DNA of 64,000 nt, taken from positions 62,001-126,000 of the forward strand of contig AP039690.1 of NCBI GenBank assembly GCA_051599415.1. The letters run 5' to 3'. This document shows positions 32,104 to 42,340 of this stretch, piece after piece. The notes below the pieces were generated by a model. That model was not told the origin of the DNA. It worked only from the letters and a program-made list of their open reading frames with translations, and did not search any database. This stretch comes from Savitreella phatthalungensis. Its lineage: Eukaryota. The position numbers and the translations under genes are program-made. Position 1 is the stretch's first letter; each line of letters opens with the position of its first letter.

Positions 32104-34020
32104 ATGGGTGGCGACTGGTATGCCGTACTCAGCGACTTCAGTGACCGCGTCTACCTCTCAGCGCGACAGGGATTCTCTAGTGTTCAAGACTCGCTGACCG
32201 ACCTAGAAACGCTCGTCACCAATGCCACATCTTCCGCTTCCTCCTCCGGAAGCTCCATCTGGAGCACAGTCATGGCTGGCGCAGGACTCTCGGGTGATGT
32301 GCCCTCGGCGCAACTGCCACCGCCACCGCCACCACCTCCGGTATCCACGTTCGAGGCGGCCATCACTTGGGCCAAGGACAACAAGTACGCATTGACCGCA
32401 GGCACCATTGCGCTCACAGGCTCCGGTGTCTACCTCTATTCTCGCCATCAGAAGCGTCACAGGCGCCGCAGAGCAGCGCGAACTCCCAATGGCGCACGCA
32501 AGGAAGTCCTCATCCTTACAAACTACCTCGCCCATCCGCTGTCCAAGACTCTCGCACTAGACCTCGAACGCCGCGGCTTCATTGTCTTCTGCGTATGCTC
32601 CACCCTACATGAGCGTGCACTGATCGAGAATGACGGTCGCGCTGATATCCGCCCGCTTCTGCTTGACGATGATGGCGAAGGTGTCTACGCACAGATCGAG
32701 CATTTTGGCTCTTTCTTGTCCCTGCCTGCACCAGCGTCCTATGGAGGACACATGCTGCACCTCGCAGGCGTCATTATCGGACCCACGAGCGCCGCATCTA
32801 TGCCAGTCGACCCACTCGAGATGGTCGATCCAGAGGACCTCTCCCGCGCGCTCGAGATCGGTCTGGTTCGACCTGCGTGCCTGATCCAAATGCTTCTCCC
32901 GCTCTTGCGTCAGCACAGAGGTCGGATCGTCTGCTTGCAGGAATGGCTTCTGCCATCGCTCCATGCACCCTTCCATGCCACACGGTGCGTCCAAGCGCAC
33001 GCTCTTCGCTCAGCGATGCTCGCTCTCGCCCGTGAAGTCAAGCCGCATCTCGCACTGACCCATGTCAAACTCGGAACCTTCGATCTCGCCCACCATCATC
33101 CATCTTACGCCGCACACTTCGCAGCGACCGCCTCATCCGCATCCGCGGCACAACGCACGGCACGTGACACGCTTGGCTGGTCGCCATCACTCCGGCAGGC
33201 TTACGCTAGGGCTTATCGTCGCAGCGTCCCGGTGACGGCTGCAGCAGCCATGCGCTCCTCCTCGGCATCCCCTCCAGTGCATGGGTCTTCGGGTGGCGGC
33301 AATGCAGCTGCCACGGACAAAGCGATGGCTGCCAAGGGAGCTTCCGTTAAAGAGCTGAATCGACTTGTGTTTGACCTGATCACGTGCTCTGGCACACCAC
33401 CCCGAGAAGCTTCCTGTGGCGCCGGTGTGGGCCTATATGCCTTCGTCGCAGACTACGCTCCTGATGCTCTGACAGACTGGCTCTTGGGCATCTCTACCAC
33501 CCAACCAAATACATCCCCTCTATCACGTGCCGACGAAGACAATCCCGACACAGCACCACAGCGATCATTACAAAGTTTGTTCAACCATCTCGCAGACCTC
33601 GTCTCCCCCGCGCGAGCATCCATCACAGACGCATACCACCGCGCACTGCAAGCTTTGGGTCTTGCCAGCAGCCAGTCCAGCTCGGCAGCGCAGCACGCAG
33701 CAGACGCTGCGGCCACGCGGGCCTCACGCCCGCCCACAGCGACAAGTCTACCTGATGATACATCCCTGTCGACCTCGCGACACTCGCAACTCCCTCAGGG
33801 CTCCTCGGCGACGACCAGCAGCGGCCAGCACTCCCGTCTCGCGCAACATGATGGAGATAGCAATGCCAGTACCGCAGACGTCTCGTCGCTCCTCGCTGCC
33901 CGACAGCTAGATCAGCACGCACGTCCACTCCCATCGATCCCATCGGACGCAAATCAAGCACACGAGCCTGAAGCACTGGACGGCAGCTGGATGGAGGATT
34001 CGTTCATGCCTACTGATTGA
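32104..34020 (+). CDS. DUF1776 family fungal protein (Ysc83-like, degenerate SDR fold)
   Basis: TM segment then RRRAARTPNGARKEVLIL...LALDLERRGFIV. Confidence 0.8.
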   Translation: MGGDWYAVLSDFSDRVYLSARQGFSSVQDSLTDLETLVTNATSSASSSGSSIWSTVMAGAGLSGDVPSAQLPPPPPPPPVSTFEAAITWAKDNKYALTAGTIALTGSGVYLYSRHQKRHRRRRAARTPNGARKEVLILTNYLAHPLSKTLALDLERRGFIVFCVCSTLHERALIENDGRADIRPLLLDDDGEGVYAQIEHFGSFLSLPAPASYGGHMLHLAGVIIGPTSAASMPVDPLEMVDPEDLSRALEIGLVRPACLIQMLLPLLRQHRGRIVCLQEWLLPSLHAPFHATRCVQAHALRSAMLALAREVKPHLALTHVKLGTFDLAHHHPSYAAHFAATASSASAAQRTARDTLGWSPSLRQAYARAYRRSVPVTAAAAMRSSSASPPVHGSSGGGNAAATDKAMAAKGASVKELNRLVFDLITCSGTPPREASCGAGVGLYAFVADYAPDALTDWLLGISTTQPNTSPLSRADEDNPDTAPQRSLQSLFNHLADLVSPARASITDAYHRALQALGLASSQSSSAAQHAADAAATRASRPPTATSLPDDTSLSTSRHSQLPQGSSATTSSGQHSRLAQHDGDSNASTADVSSLLAARQLDQHARPLPSIPSDANQAHEPEALDGSWMEDSFMPTD

Positions 34021-34054
34021 GAACTTGAGATGATGCAAATACCGTCTACAAAGA

Positions 34055-36178
34055 TTATTCGGTGACGTTTGACGCGTCGCTGGAAGGCGGTTGCGCATAG
34101 GCCGCTGCGATATCGAACAGGGTGATGACGCCTGAGATACCGCCTACTGCCAACTTCTCTCCACGCTCGCGGTCGATCGCACACTTGTTCAGCCCGATCT
34201 TTGTCTCCCCGGCATTTGCGACTTTGGTCTGTCCTACAGGCCCGTCGATCGAGTCGTCCAAACTCCATAGCTCAACCACCCCGTCGCCATCCACACAGCA
34301 AAACACCCCAGGACACCGATCACTCCACCGAACATCCATCACGGGAGCATCGTGTGGCAATGTCAATAAACAGTCGGCATTTGCGTCAGCATCGGTCCTT
34401 GTCTTGCGAATGGCCGTGCCGCCGTAGATGTTGGTGACGATGTTTGATGTGTCTCTTGCAGGTGTGGATTTGCGCCTTGGCGTCGAGAGGATCCCGAGAG
34501 CTGACGGGAGCTGCTTGCCCGGTGACGCATGAAGCGAGCGTCCACCGGACAACGCGCGGGACGTCGGCGTCGCCATCGCAGCAGCCAAACCGACCGATTC
34601 CTCAGTCACAAACTCGCCAATCCGCCAAAATCGAACCGTCCAATCAAACGACGCCGTCACCAGCAAGTCAGGCAACTCGCCCAGGTGTTTCTGCCGGTGC
34701 TGTGCCTTGGCAAGGGCGTCTGTGGGGCCTATGCGATGGGTGCGTGACCGGTGGTGTGCGTGAAGACGGTGTGGTGGGATTGGTGGATGGAAGGCTGCTG
34801 CTGTGACGTGTGCTGTGTGACCGTTGTAGCGGGCTTGCGGATGAACGCCTGCGCGCACGTCCGCGCGGTCCTGCCTGTAGCACGGGAACAGCACGCCTTC
34901 CTCCGTGCCGACCACGAGCGAGCCGCCACCGACGATCCCGCCGGTGTCGCCGCTCGCAGGCACGGCGAAGCAGGTCGGCGCGACATCGTGAATCCTCGAC
35001 GGCGCAGGCGCACGCAGCTCCACCTTGTCGGTCGGCCTGGCTAGCATCTCAGGCGACCATGAGCACAGCATCCCGTCTGTAGACGTCGTCACAAGCACGG
35101 ACGACTGCGCAGAGCTCCCAACAACGCGGATCGATGAAACCGGGTGGGTGTGTCCGCGTCCAGAAAGCGGCGACTTGATCGATGGTCCCTCCAGCTCCTT
35201 CCGCGTGTCAAATACACACACCTGGCCCGTGTACAGTCCTGCAAAGACGAGGTGCGGGTGGAACTGGGAGAAGGTCGCACACGTGACATCGGACGGCGCG
35301 AAGAAAGTGAACACCGGCTCGCGAACGTTACGCATCGACCACAGCTCAATCAGGCCAGCAGGCTCGTGAGGCGCCATCACATCCTTCGTGTACCCGGCAA
35401 CCAGCAAGTCCGGAAATGCAAACGACCAATCGAGTGCAGACACCATCCGGCGGACGTTCCGTGAGGAGATCAACTGGCATGACTGTTTCAGAACGGCTGA
35501 CGCTGCCTTTCCGCCCTTGTCGTCTAGGGACAACTCGCGCTTGTACGCCTGGATAATCGCTGCCACGCCCACAGGCTCAGGAGCATCTGTCTGGATCTCT
35601 TTCGGGGTGGCCTTTCGTTGCAATGCCAATTTCCGTTCCTCTTCATCCCTCAACTTCAGCTCAGCTTCAATCTCACGCCGTAGTCTCGCTTCGACATCCG
35701 CAGGCGTCTCTACCACAGACTTATCATCATAATCGTCATCCCCGTCGTCAGCAGTGTCCTGGGTCTGTGTGCCTTTTGTGTATGTGATCTTCTTCGGCAG
35801 TTGCGCTGTTGCCGGAGCTGGCGGGCGGGCCTCTGCGCCGACAGACACAAACAAAGGCACAGGAGGCTCCGCATCAGAAGCTACAGTATCAGAAGCAGGC
35901 TGTCCTGCGACAGACTCGATCGTGCTGACACGACGTGGACGGTCCTTCGATAGCAATGAACTGACCAGATCATCGAGCTCCTTGCGGTCAAGTCTGCGGG
36001 GAGAAGCCACGGAGCCGAGATCTCCTGGTGCAAGTGTACTGGCTCGTTTACCGACAACATTGTCCGCCTGGGCGATGGCCTGCTGACGTGCAGCACGCTG
36101 TCTCTTCAGCTCTTCTAGACGCGCTCGCTTCTCTGCAATCTCCTGCCTGCGGGCGTCTGCAGCTGCCGATGTCGACAT
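34055..36178 (-). CDS. PAC11: Cytoplasmic dynein intermediate chain (WD40)
   Basis: RRQEIAEKRARLEELKRQR, ITYTKGTQT light-chain site, GHTHPV, STDGMLCSW, VGTEEG, SFDWTVRFW. A possible 9-nt first exon (MEE, 36228-36236) with a 49-nt intron is not included. Confidence 0.88.
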   Translation of the reverse strand: MSTSAAADARRQEIAEKRARLEELKRQRAARQQAIAQADNVVGKRASTLAPGDLGSVASPRRLDRKELDDLVSSLLSKDRPRRVSTIESVAGQPASDTVASDAEPPVPLFVSVGAEARPPAPATAQLPKKITYTKGTQTQDTADDGDDDYDDKSVVETPADVEARLRREIEAELKLRDEEERKLALQRKATPKEIQTDAPEPVGVAAIIQAYKRELSLDDKGGKAASAVLKQSCQLISSRNVRRMVSALDWSFAFPDLLVAGYTKDVMAPHEPAGLIELWSMRNVREPVFTFFAPSDVTCATFSQFHPHLVFAGLYTGQVCVFDTRKELEGPSIKSPLSGRGHTHPVSSIRVVGSSAQSSVLVTTSTDGMLCSWSPEMLARPTDKVELRAPAPSRIHDVAPTCFAVPASGDTGGIVGGGSLVVGTEEGVLFPCYRQDRADVRAGVHPQARYNGHTAHVTAAAFHPPIPPHRLHAHHRSRTHRIGPTDALAKAQHRQKHLGELPDLLVTASFDWTVRFWRIGEFVTEESVGLAAAMATPTSRALSGGRSLHASPGKQLPSALGILSTPRRKSTPARDTSNIVTNIYGGTAIRKTRTDADANADCLLTLPHDAPVMDVRWSDRCPGVFCCVDGDGVVELWSLDDSIDGPVGQTKVANAGETKIGLNKCAIDRERGEKLAVGGISGVITLFDIAAAYAQPPSSDASNVTE

Positions 36179-36617
36179 CTGTAAGCAAGTCTGAGAATCC
36201 CAATCGCTTAACCGGACACTAATCTACCTCCTCCATTGCGATCAGCGATGTGTAGGCGTCTGTGACGGTTAGTGTGACGCCCTTCTTTGAAGAGGAAGAT
36301 GGGTGTAGGATTTGGTGGTTGTCGTGTTTGTGCATCTCGTGAGGTTGATAGTATATACACGTGATAACATCTGTCCAAGTGCACGTGATCCTGGCTGTGA
36401 AATTTCTGTCGGCGAAAGCAGGACAAACAATATTCTTTCTACAGTGTAGTGGAAGCAGTGGAGTTACTACTGTCTCTAGGCAGACAGGCAACACCGTACC
36501 CTCGTACAACCACACTCTCACCACCTCTCAATCTACCTTGACCTTCGTGCTATAGTCCAGCAATTTCTTCAGAACGAATCGTCAGGTCTAGTGACATCTC
36601 ATACACATCATATACTC

Positions 36618-37080
36618 ATGGCAGCATCACCAGCAGTCAACGTAAGTTCCGCCTTCTATCCACCTGTTCAAGCCGTTCTTGCAGTCCTCGGCACCATTGC
36701 CGGACGCTGCATCGACAATTGTTCCTCCTCTCTTTGATTTTCGGGCTGACAGTCCGCTTTAGGTCCTCCGTTGGGGCGCACTCGCATTCGGCCTCGTCTA
36801 CGGCTTTACTCACAATGCAGCTCTGCAGCGCAGCGCCGAGGAGAAGCGGGTGAACGAGCAGTACTCGCACCGCGAGTCCCTGATTGCCAAGGCCAAGGCA
36901 GCCTACGCACAGAGCAAACTGCCCGCAAGCCAAAAGTCCGCCGACGGCAAGAGTAAGTCATTGTCCCATTGTGCTGGAAGCGTGATCGTGACTGACACAT
37001 CGCCCCGTGTAGTTGTTCCAGACTGGGAGAACGGATCGAACCTGGACGCCTACTTCAAGCAGCTCGAAGCAGAAGCTTGA
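36618..37080 (+). CDS. ATP21: Mitochondrial ATP synthase subunit e; introns 36642-36762 and 36953-37012
   Basis: Spliced product MAASPAVN|VLRWGALAFGLVYG (GxxxG)...LIAKAKAAY; both introns are GTAAGT...CTGAC...TAG. Confidence 0.9.
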
Positions 37081-37284
37081 GCTTTTGTGTAATCGACTGC
37101 TTAACTCATCCATCAATCCAACTACATCCGACATCGAAATGTCCTTCGCGACCCATCACCTCCTGCGGCCTCTTGTATCTTATGCATCACTGCCTGCTCT
37201 ACATCCCCCCGACAATTGCGCGATTATCTATCCATTCATGCTAGTGCTATGTTATGTCGTCTGGCATTCGGTGGGGACCACAGT

Positions 37285-38952
37285 TTATGAGCTCCAGAGT
37301 CTGAGGGTGCGATCCCAGCCGGTGGAGCAGAGAGCGACGGTCGGTGAATTTGCGACCGAGCTGGAGGCAGGAGAGATGTCGACGGACATGATCTTGTCGT
37401 CTGCATGGCCGCCGAGACTTGCGACGAGCGACCAATCGCCTGTCGACCACAGGTTGATCCTGCCGTCGTACCCGGATGTGGCGAGGAAGCTGCCAGGTCG
37501 GATAACTTCCTGCTCGTCTGGCTCCTCCAGATCAATTACTTCGACCTCCGGTACCCTGACTCCGCCAACCTCGCGCGTGTCCATGCTGTCGTGATCCTGC
37601 GTGTGTGTGTACGAGCGGTGTAGCTGGAGGTGGCTGGGGCCCAGCGACAGTCGCTGACGAGTGATCTGTGTGCTGGGAGTGTGTGTGGAGGTTTGCGTGG
37701 GTGCCTGATATCCCAGATCTTGACGGTGTCGTCTGCGGATGCCGTTGCCAGGAGATTCGGTGAGTGCGGATTCCAGTCTGCTGCGTGGATCGGCTTCGCG
37801 TGGCCCTCGAGAATCAACACCGTCTTCCCTGTCCTCAGGTCCCAGACCCGAGCGAGGTGATCGTACCCGGCACTCGCACAAAGCGATCCATCACCCTGCC
37901 CAATTGCCACAGTGCTCACCTCGCGCGCATGCCCATCCTGCACCAGTAACGAAGCACCACGCTGCAAATCCCACAGCCGCCAGGTCCCGTCGTACGACGC
38001 AGATGCCAGAAACCCACCACTCGGATGCATCGCCAGCCGCGATACTCTCCCGCTATGACCTACGAGCCTGCCTGCAGGCTCGCGGGATTGCTGAATCGAT
38101 TGGTCTGACCAGAGAGCGATACTGCCATCGGCACCCGCTGTGGCGAGCTGCATGACGTGTGTGTGAGTGTGGTCTGTGAGTGGGGGTGCGTGTGGATGCC
38201 AGACTAGTGCTGAGAGGGTGGATGTATGTGGTGTGGTGAGGGTGTATCGATGAGCGAGGTTGTTCTGGTGGGTGGTGAAGATGTTGAGCTCTGCTGCCCA
38301 GGAGCCCGTGGCGATGTGGGTTCCGTCAGGAGAGAACCTCCCAACACCGACCGCACGCGCGCCAGCCACCACAGACCCTTCCACCTCCACCCCACGCAGC
38401 ACACCATCGAGCGCCTTCCGGCGCGCGACCACCGTCCCGAGCGGTGTGGTCGCGTGGGACGCCTGCTGCTGGGCGATCCGCTTCGCGGCGCGGCTGAGTG
38501 AGAACGCTGCGATGGCCCTACGAGCGCTCAGCAGCGCGTCCGAGCCGTCAGTGTAGTACTCCCTATCAGCCGGCCGATCCTCTTGGTCTTCCACCTCCGC
38601 ACTCGCCGCATCCTCACGCATCGACAGCAGGTACCGCAGCCGGTTCCGCCTGTCGCCAACGTCCTCCCCAAACAGCGTCACGGGCTCACCGAGCTCCCGC
38701 AGGCGCGCCCTGATACGGCCATCCTCAGTCGGCACCGCGATCCTACGCGCCCGTCCACGTCGATCGATCTCAGCAGCCTGTTCGGCCTGCTTGGCAGTCA
38801 GGGCGCCGCCTGTAGCATTGAGATTGTCATCACGCCGTACAGCTGAAAGAGGGTGAGGTCAGTCATGATCCACAAGCAGTGGGATTGGGTGTCCACTTAC
38901 GCAGGTTGTCAACGTCGATACGGCTTGTAGCGCCGTTCCTATAGCCACTCAT
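37285..38952 (-). CDS. PRP4: U4/U6 snRNP protein Prp4 (PRP4 motif + WD40); intron 38843-38900; apparent frameshift near 37600-37612
   Basis: VPTEDGRIRARLRELGEPVTLFGED...RRNRLR, YYTDGSDALLSARR, WD repeats; the last WD repeats lie in a different frame (ORF 37285-37881). Confidence 0.9.
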
Positions 38953-39105
38953 GGTATCGTCCTCATCATTACCATTGCTTTTTGTGATGCTGTGTGTGCG
39001 AGTGTGTGATAAGGAGATGTTCACACTTTTAGGTGCATTGGTGGAAGATGTCATATTTTAGCAGCAACACAAGCACAAGCACGTCTTGTGACTGCACTTG
39101 CACCA

Positions 39106-40356
39106 ATGTTCTCTAGGGCGTTCCTGGGCTACACGGTAGGCCGACACCGGCTGCGTCACGCTGCTGCTGCTGCAGCAGCTGCTTCGCGCGCAGGATCTGT
39201 GGTCCGTGGGAGCTCACCGTTTGTGACGTGCTCGCTTGGGGTTGGCTTTGCACCGAAGCGACGACGGACACAGCCGCAGGCGACCGGTGAGGATGCCTTC
39301 TTCTACAGTCTTCCGAGCGATGCTGCTGGGCGGGAGCGCGCATGGGTCGGCGTGCTGGACGGGGTAGGTGGATGGGCTGAATCTGGTGTAGATCCATCGA
39401 TCTTCGCACGCCGACTCGCTCACCACCTGGACGCCGTCACCTCGACAGCTTCTGCGGACCTCGGTGCGCAGGAGGCGCTGGCAAAGGCTTACGCGCTGCT
39501 GCTCGAGGACGAGGAGGTGTCGATGGGTTCGTCGACTGCTTGCGTCGCGAGTGTGCGGGTTCGGGACGGCCGGGTGGAGGTTGCGAATTTGGGGGACTCT
39601 GGGTGGATGGTGGTGTCTCGGAAAGGTGAGGTGGTGGGGGCGAGTACGGCGCAGACGTACTTCTTCAACGCACCTTACCAGCTCGCAAAGATGCAGGCGT
39701 CCATGCGCAAGCCAGCCAGCCTCCAGAACAAACCAGGGGATGCAGATCTACAACGCCCGTCACTCGCAGACACCACCACACCCGAAGGGCCTTCACACTT
39801 CCTCGTCCTCGCGACCGACGGATTCTTCGACAACGTGCATCCTCATCACGCCGCTGCCGTGGTTGCTCACGTCTGCGAACGGCCTGTGGAGAGCGGTGGT
39901 AAGGAGACGGAGGCTGCGCTTGGGGAGGAGTTCCGTGCGAGGGCTAAGTTAAGTTATTGGCTGGTGAGGTTGATCGCCAGCTTGCTGAGCTCGAACGGCG
40001 GTTGGGCGGGCGCGGTGATGCGAATGCGAGGAGGGTGGTCGAACAGGCTCGAAAAGAGTCTGGAACCGAACACGCCACCGTCTGGTCCAGGAGGAGCGTG
40101 GGAGGAGGCATTGGCGTACGTGAAACTCGCAGACACGCCCACGCAACTCACGACAGAGAAGACACTCGCGAGATTGTTGACGGCCATGGCAGTTCGCGCG
40201 GGCAGGGATCCACACGAGGCGTCACCATTCGCAGAAGAGGCGAAGAAACACGGCCTTCGGTATAGAGGCGGAAAAGAGGACGATGTGGTCGTAGCGGTGC
40301 TGGGACTCGACGTCGCCGGTGAACAGTCGTCGATCAAGGCAAAGGCAAAGCTGTAG
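39106..40356 (+). CDS. PTC7: PP2C-family protein phosphatase Ptc7/Azr1-like
   Basis: GEDAFF, GVLDGVGGW, GSSTAC, ANLGDSG, QTYFFNAPYQL, LATDGFFDN, GGKEDDVVV; ATG 39106. Confidence 0.92.
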   Translation: MFSRAFLGYTVGRHRLRHAAAAAAAASRAGSVVRGSSPFVTCSLGVGFAPKRRRTQPQATGEDAFFYSLPSDAAGRERAWVGVLDGVGGWAESGVDPSIFARRLAHHLDAVTSTASADLGAQEALAKAYALLLEDEEVSMGSSTACVASVRVRDGRVEVANLGDSGWMVVSRKGEVVGASTAQTYFFNAPYQLAKMQASMRKPASLQNKPGDADLQRPSLADTTTPEGPSHFLVLATDGFFDNVHPHHAAAVVAHVCERPVESGGKETEAALGEEFRARAKLSYWLVRLIASLLSSNGGWAGAVMRMRGGWSNRLEKSLEPNTPPSGPGGAWEEALAYVKLADTPTQLTTEKTLARLLTAMAVRAGRDPHEASPFAEEAKKHGLRYRGGKEDDVVVAVLGLDVAGEQSSIKAKAKL

Positions 40357-40504
40357 ATGGGGAAAATTGAAGACATTGTTACGACTATAAGGAAGTGAAG
40401 GAGGAATGGAACAATAATAGACGCTTGCCAAGGCTGACTGGAAGTGACCGTTCGTGAAATGAGAGAGACTCAGAGCGACGTGTTGGGGCGAGTCTGAATA
40501 AGAC

Positions 40505-42340
40505 TCAGGCTCGTTGTTGGCTAAGTGACAGGCCACGGCCCATGTGGTATGCGCCCAAGACACCGTTGGCGACACCATTGGTGTCAGCACCTGCGTTGTC
40601 ACCTTTCGCGCCAGAAACACCACCGCCACCCACGAACAAGGTCGATTGTGGCGGAAGTGAGCTGAACTTGTCGCGCTCGAGCTGCTCGAGCTGGATACGC
40701 TGCGCGTGATGCGACTGAACAGTAGCGTATGCATCAGCCTCGAGTTTAATCGCTCGAGCACGCGCCTCGGCAATCAAGGCGACGTTGATGGCTTCCTGCT
40801 TGGCTGCGATGGCGTCAGCATCGGCCTTACCCTGAGCGAGTCTGCGAACGGCCTCTGCCTCTGCCTCAGACAGTTTGATTCGACGGTAGTGGTCGCCGTC
40901 TGCCTCCTTGGAGGTCTTGAGGAATTGTGCGTTCGCTTGAGTCTCTGTCTGCTTGGCCTGAACCTGCGTAACCTGGAGTTTACCTTGCTCGGTCTCCGTG
41001 TTGATGCGATTCTGCAGCTCGACTTGCGTCGACTGCATCTGGTTCTTGAGCACAGACTCTGCCTGCTTCTCGAGATCGTCACCAAGCTTGCCCTCGAGCT
41101 TGCGGTCGAGCACATCAAAGGACATGACCTCGACACCGTAGGAGAGTCCCTGCTGACGGAGCTCGCGAAGGCATTCGCTCTTGAAAGCCTCTAGCCACGA
41201 TTGATGGCCAATATCTGGCACATCACCGCCGAGGGATCTTGCCTTCATGAACTCCTGGTAGCTGAGTCTTGAGACAACGGCGTTGACTGCTGACTGCGCT
41301 GGATTGCGGAGCGCTTGGAAGGCAGTCTCGTAGCTCTTGGTCAACTCGAGCGCATCAACGACGCGGTACCTCAGGTTGACGTGGAGGACGACTGGGACAC
41401 CTTCGACCGTGTAGGCCGGCTGAGTGCGGAAGCTGCGTTGCCGCTCACCGAGAGTGAAGAAGCCCCGGAAGGTGCATTTCGGGTTGGTGATGACGTGCTG
41501 ACCGGCGCCGAATGCCTTGAGAAGACCTCCATTCTGGATGACCACGGTGTTCTGAGCGGGCACGTTGAAGAAGGTGGCGACGGTGACGGTCTGACGAGAG
41601 CCACCGGCCTGAACAGAGTGCAGGACCTCTTTCTTGTAACCGAGCACACGGCGACCTGGCACTGCAGGCTTGCCGCCAACTCTCTTCTGGCCACCAGTGA
41701 TGTCTTCTTCTTCCATATCCGTTTCTATCACGGCATTATCCTCTCCGAGGTTGAGTGTATCAACAATCTCGAGGACCTTGTAGGTACCGTTCTGTCCATA
41801 GGCGGCAAAGCCACCGTTACGGACGATGAAGACCTGGTTCTGAGGGTCGAGACAGACCATTGCCTCTGTCTGGCCGACTTGGGCGTATGTTAGACCAGCA
41901 CACTCTGTGACAGCCGTCAGATCGAGCGGCTTCGAGAGCCAGGAGTGTGTGAGAGACCAATTCCAGTAGTTACCGGGACGGACACAGAGGACGGGCATAC
42001 CCCTCCAGAGGAGGACGCCAATCTCACCTGTGCGGATGACGCGACCACCCCAGGAATGGCGCTTCTTGCGAGAGATCAGGTGGCCAATGCCGACTGCTTT
42101 CATCTCAGCATCGAGCGCGGTGAAGGCATGAATGAGAGATGGAACTTTTTGATGATCAATAACGATGAAGAATTGCTGCGATTTGACCCTGTCGGGGATC
42201 GTCCAGTCATCTGTGCCGTCAAAGGCGTCTTCGGCGAGGGATGCAAGGTCGTCAGGCAGTTTGCTTGAGGAGCCTTTACCGATCGGCACGACGACGTTGT
42301 CAATAGGCTTTGTCAGATCGAGGGCTGGAGGAGCGCTCAT
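40505..42340 (-). CDS. SPFH/band-7 domain protein with N-terminal repeats and C-terminal coiled coil (vacuolin/flotillin-like)
   Basis: AYTVEGVPVVLHVNLRYRVVDA...AQSAVNAVV...YGVEV band-7 core; Ala/Glu-rich coiled coil (EAEAEAVRRLAQGKADADAIAA); no TM helix seen. Confidence 0.8.
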   Translation of the reverse strand: MSAPPALDLTKPIDNVVVPIGKGSSSKLPDDLASLAEDAFDGTDDWTIPDRVKSQQFFIVIDHQKVPSLIHAFTALDAEMKAVGIGHLISRKKRHSWGGRVIRTGEIGVLLWRGMPVLCVRPGNYWNWSLTHSWLSKPLDLTAVTECAGLTYAQVGQTEAMVCLDPQNQVFIVRNGGFAAYGQNGTYKVLEIVDTLNLGEDNAVIETDMEEEDITGGQKRVGGKPAVPGRRVLGYKKEVLHSVQAGGSRQTVTVATFFNVPAQNTVVIQNGGLLKAFGAGQHVITNPKCTFRGFFTLGERQRSFRTQPAYTVEGVPVVLHVNLRYRVVDALELTKSYETAFQALRNPAQSAVNAVVSRLSYQEFMKARSLGGDVPDIGHQSWLEAFKSECLRELRQQGLSYGVEVMSFDVLDRKLEGKLGDDLEKQAESVLKNQMQSTQVELQNRINTETEQGKLQVTQVQAKQTETQANAQFLKTSKEADGDHYRRIKLSEAEAEAVRRLAQGKADADAIAAKQEAINVALIAEARARAIKLEADAYATVQSHHAQRIQLEQLERDKFSSLPPQSTLFVGGGGVSGAKGDNAGADTNGVANGVLGAYHMGRGLSLSQQRA

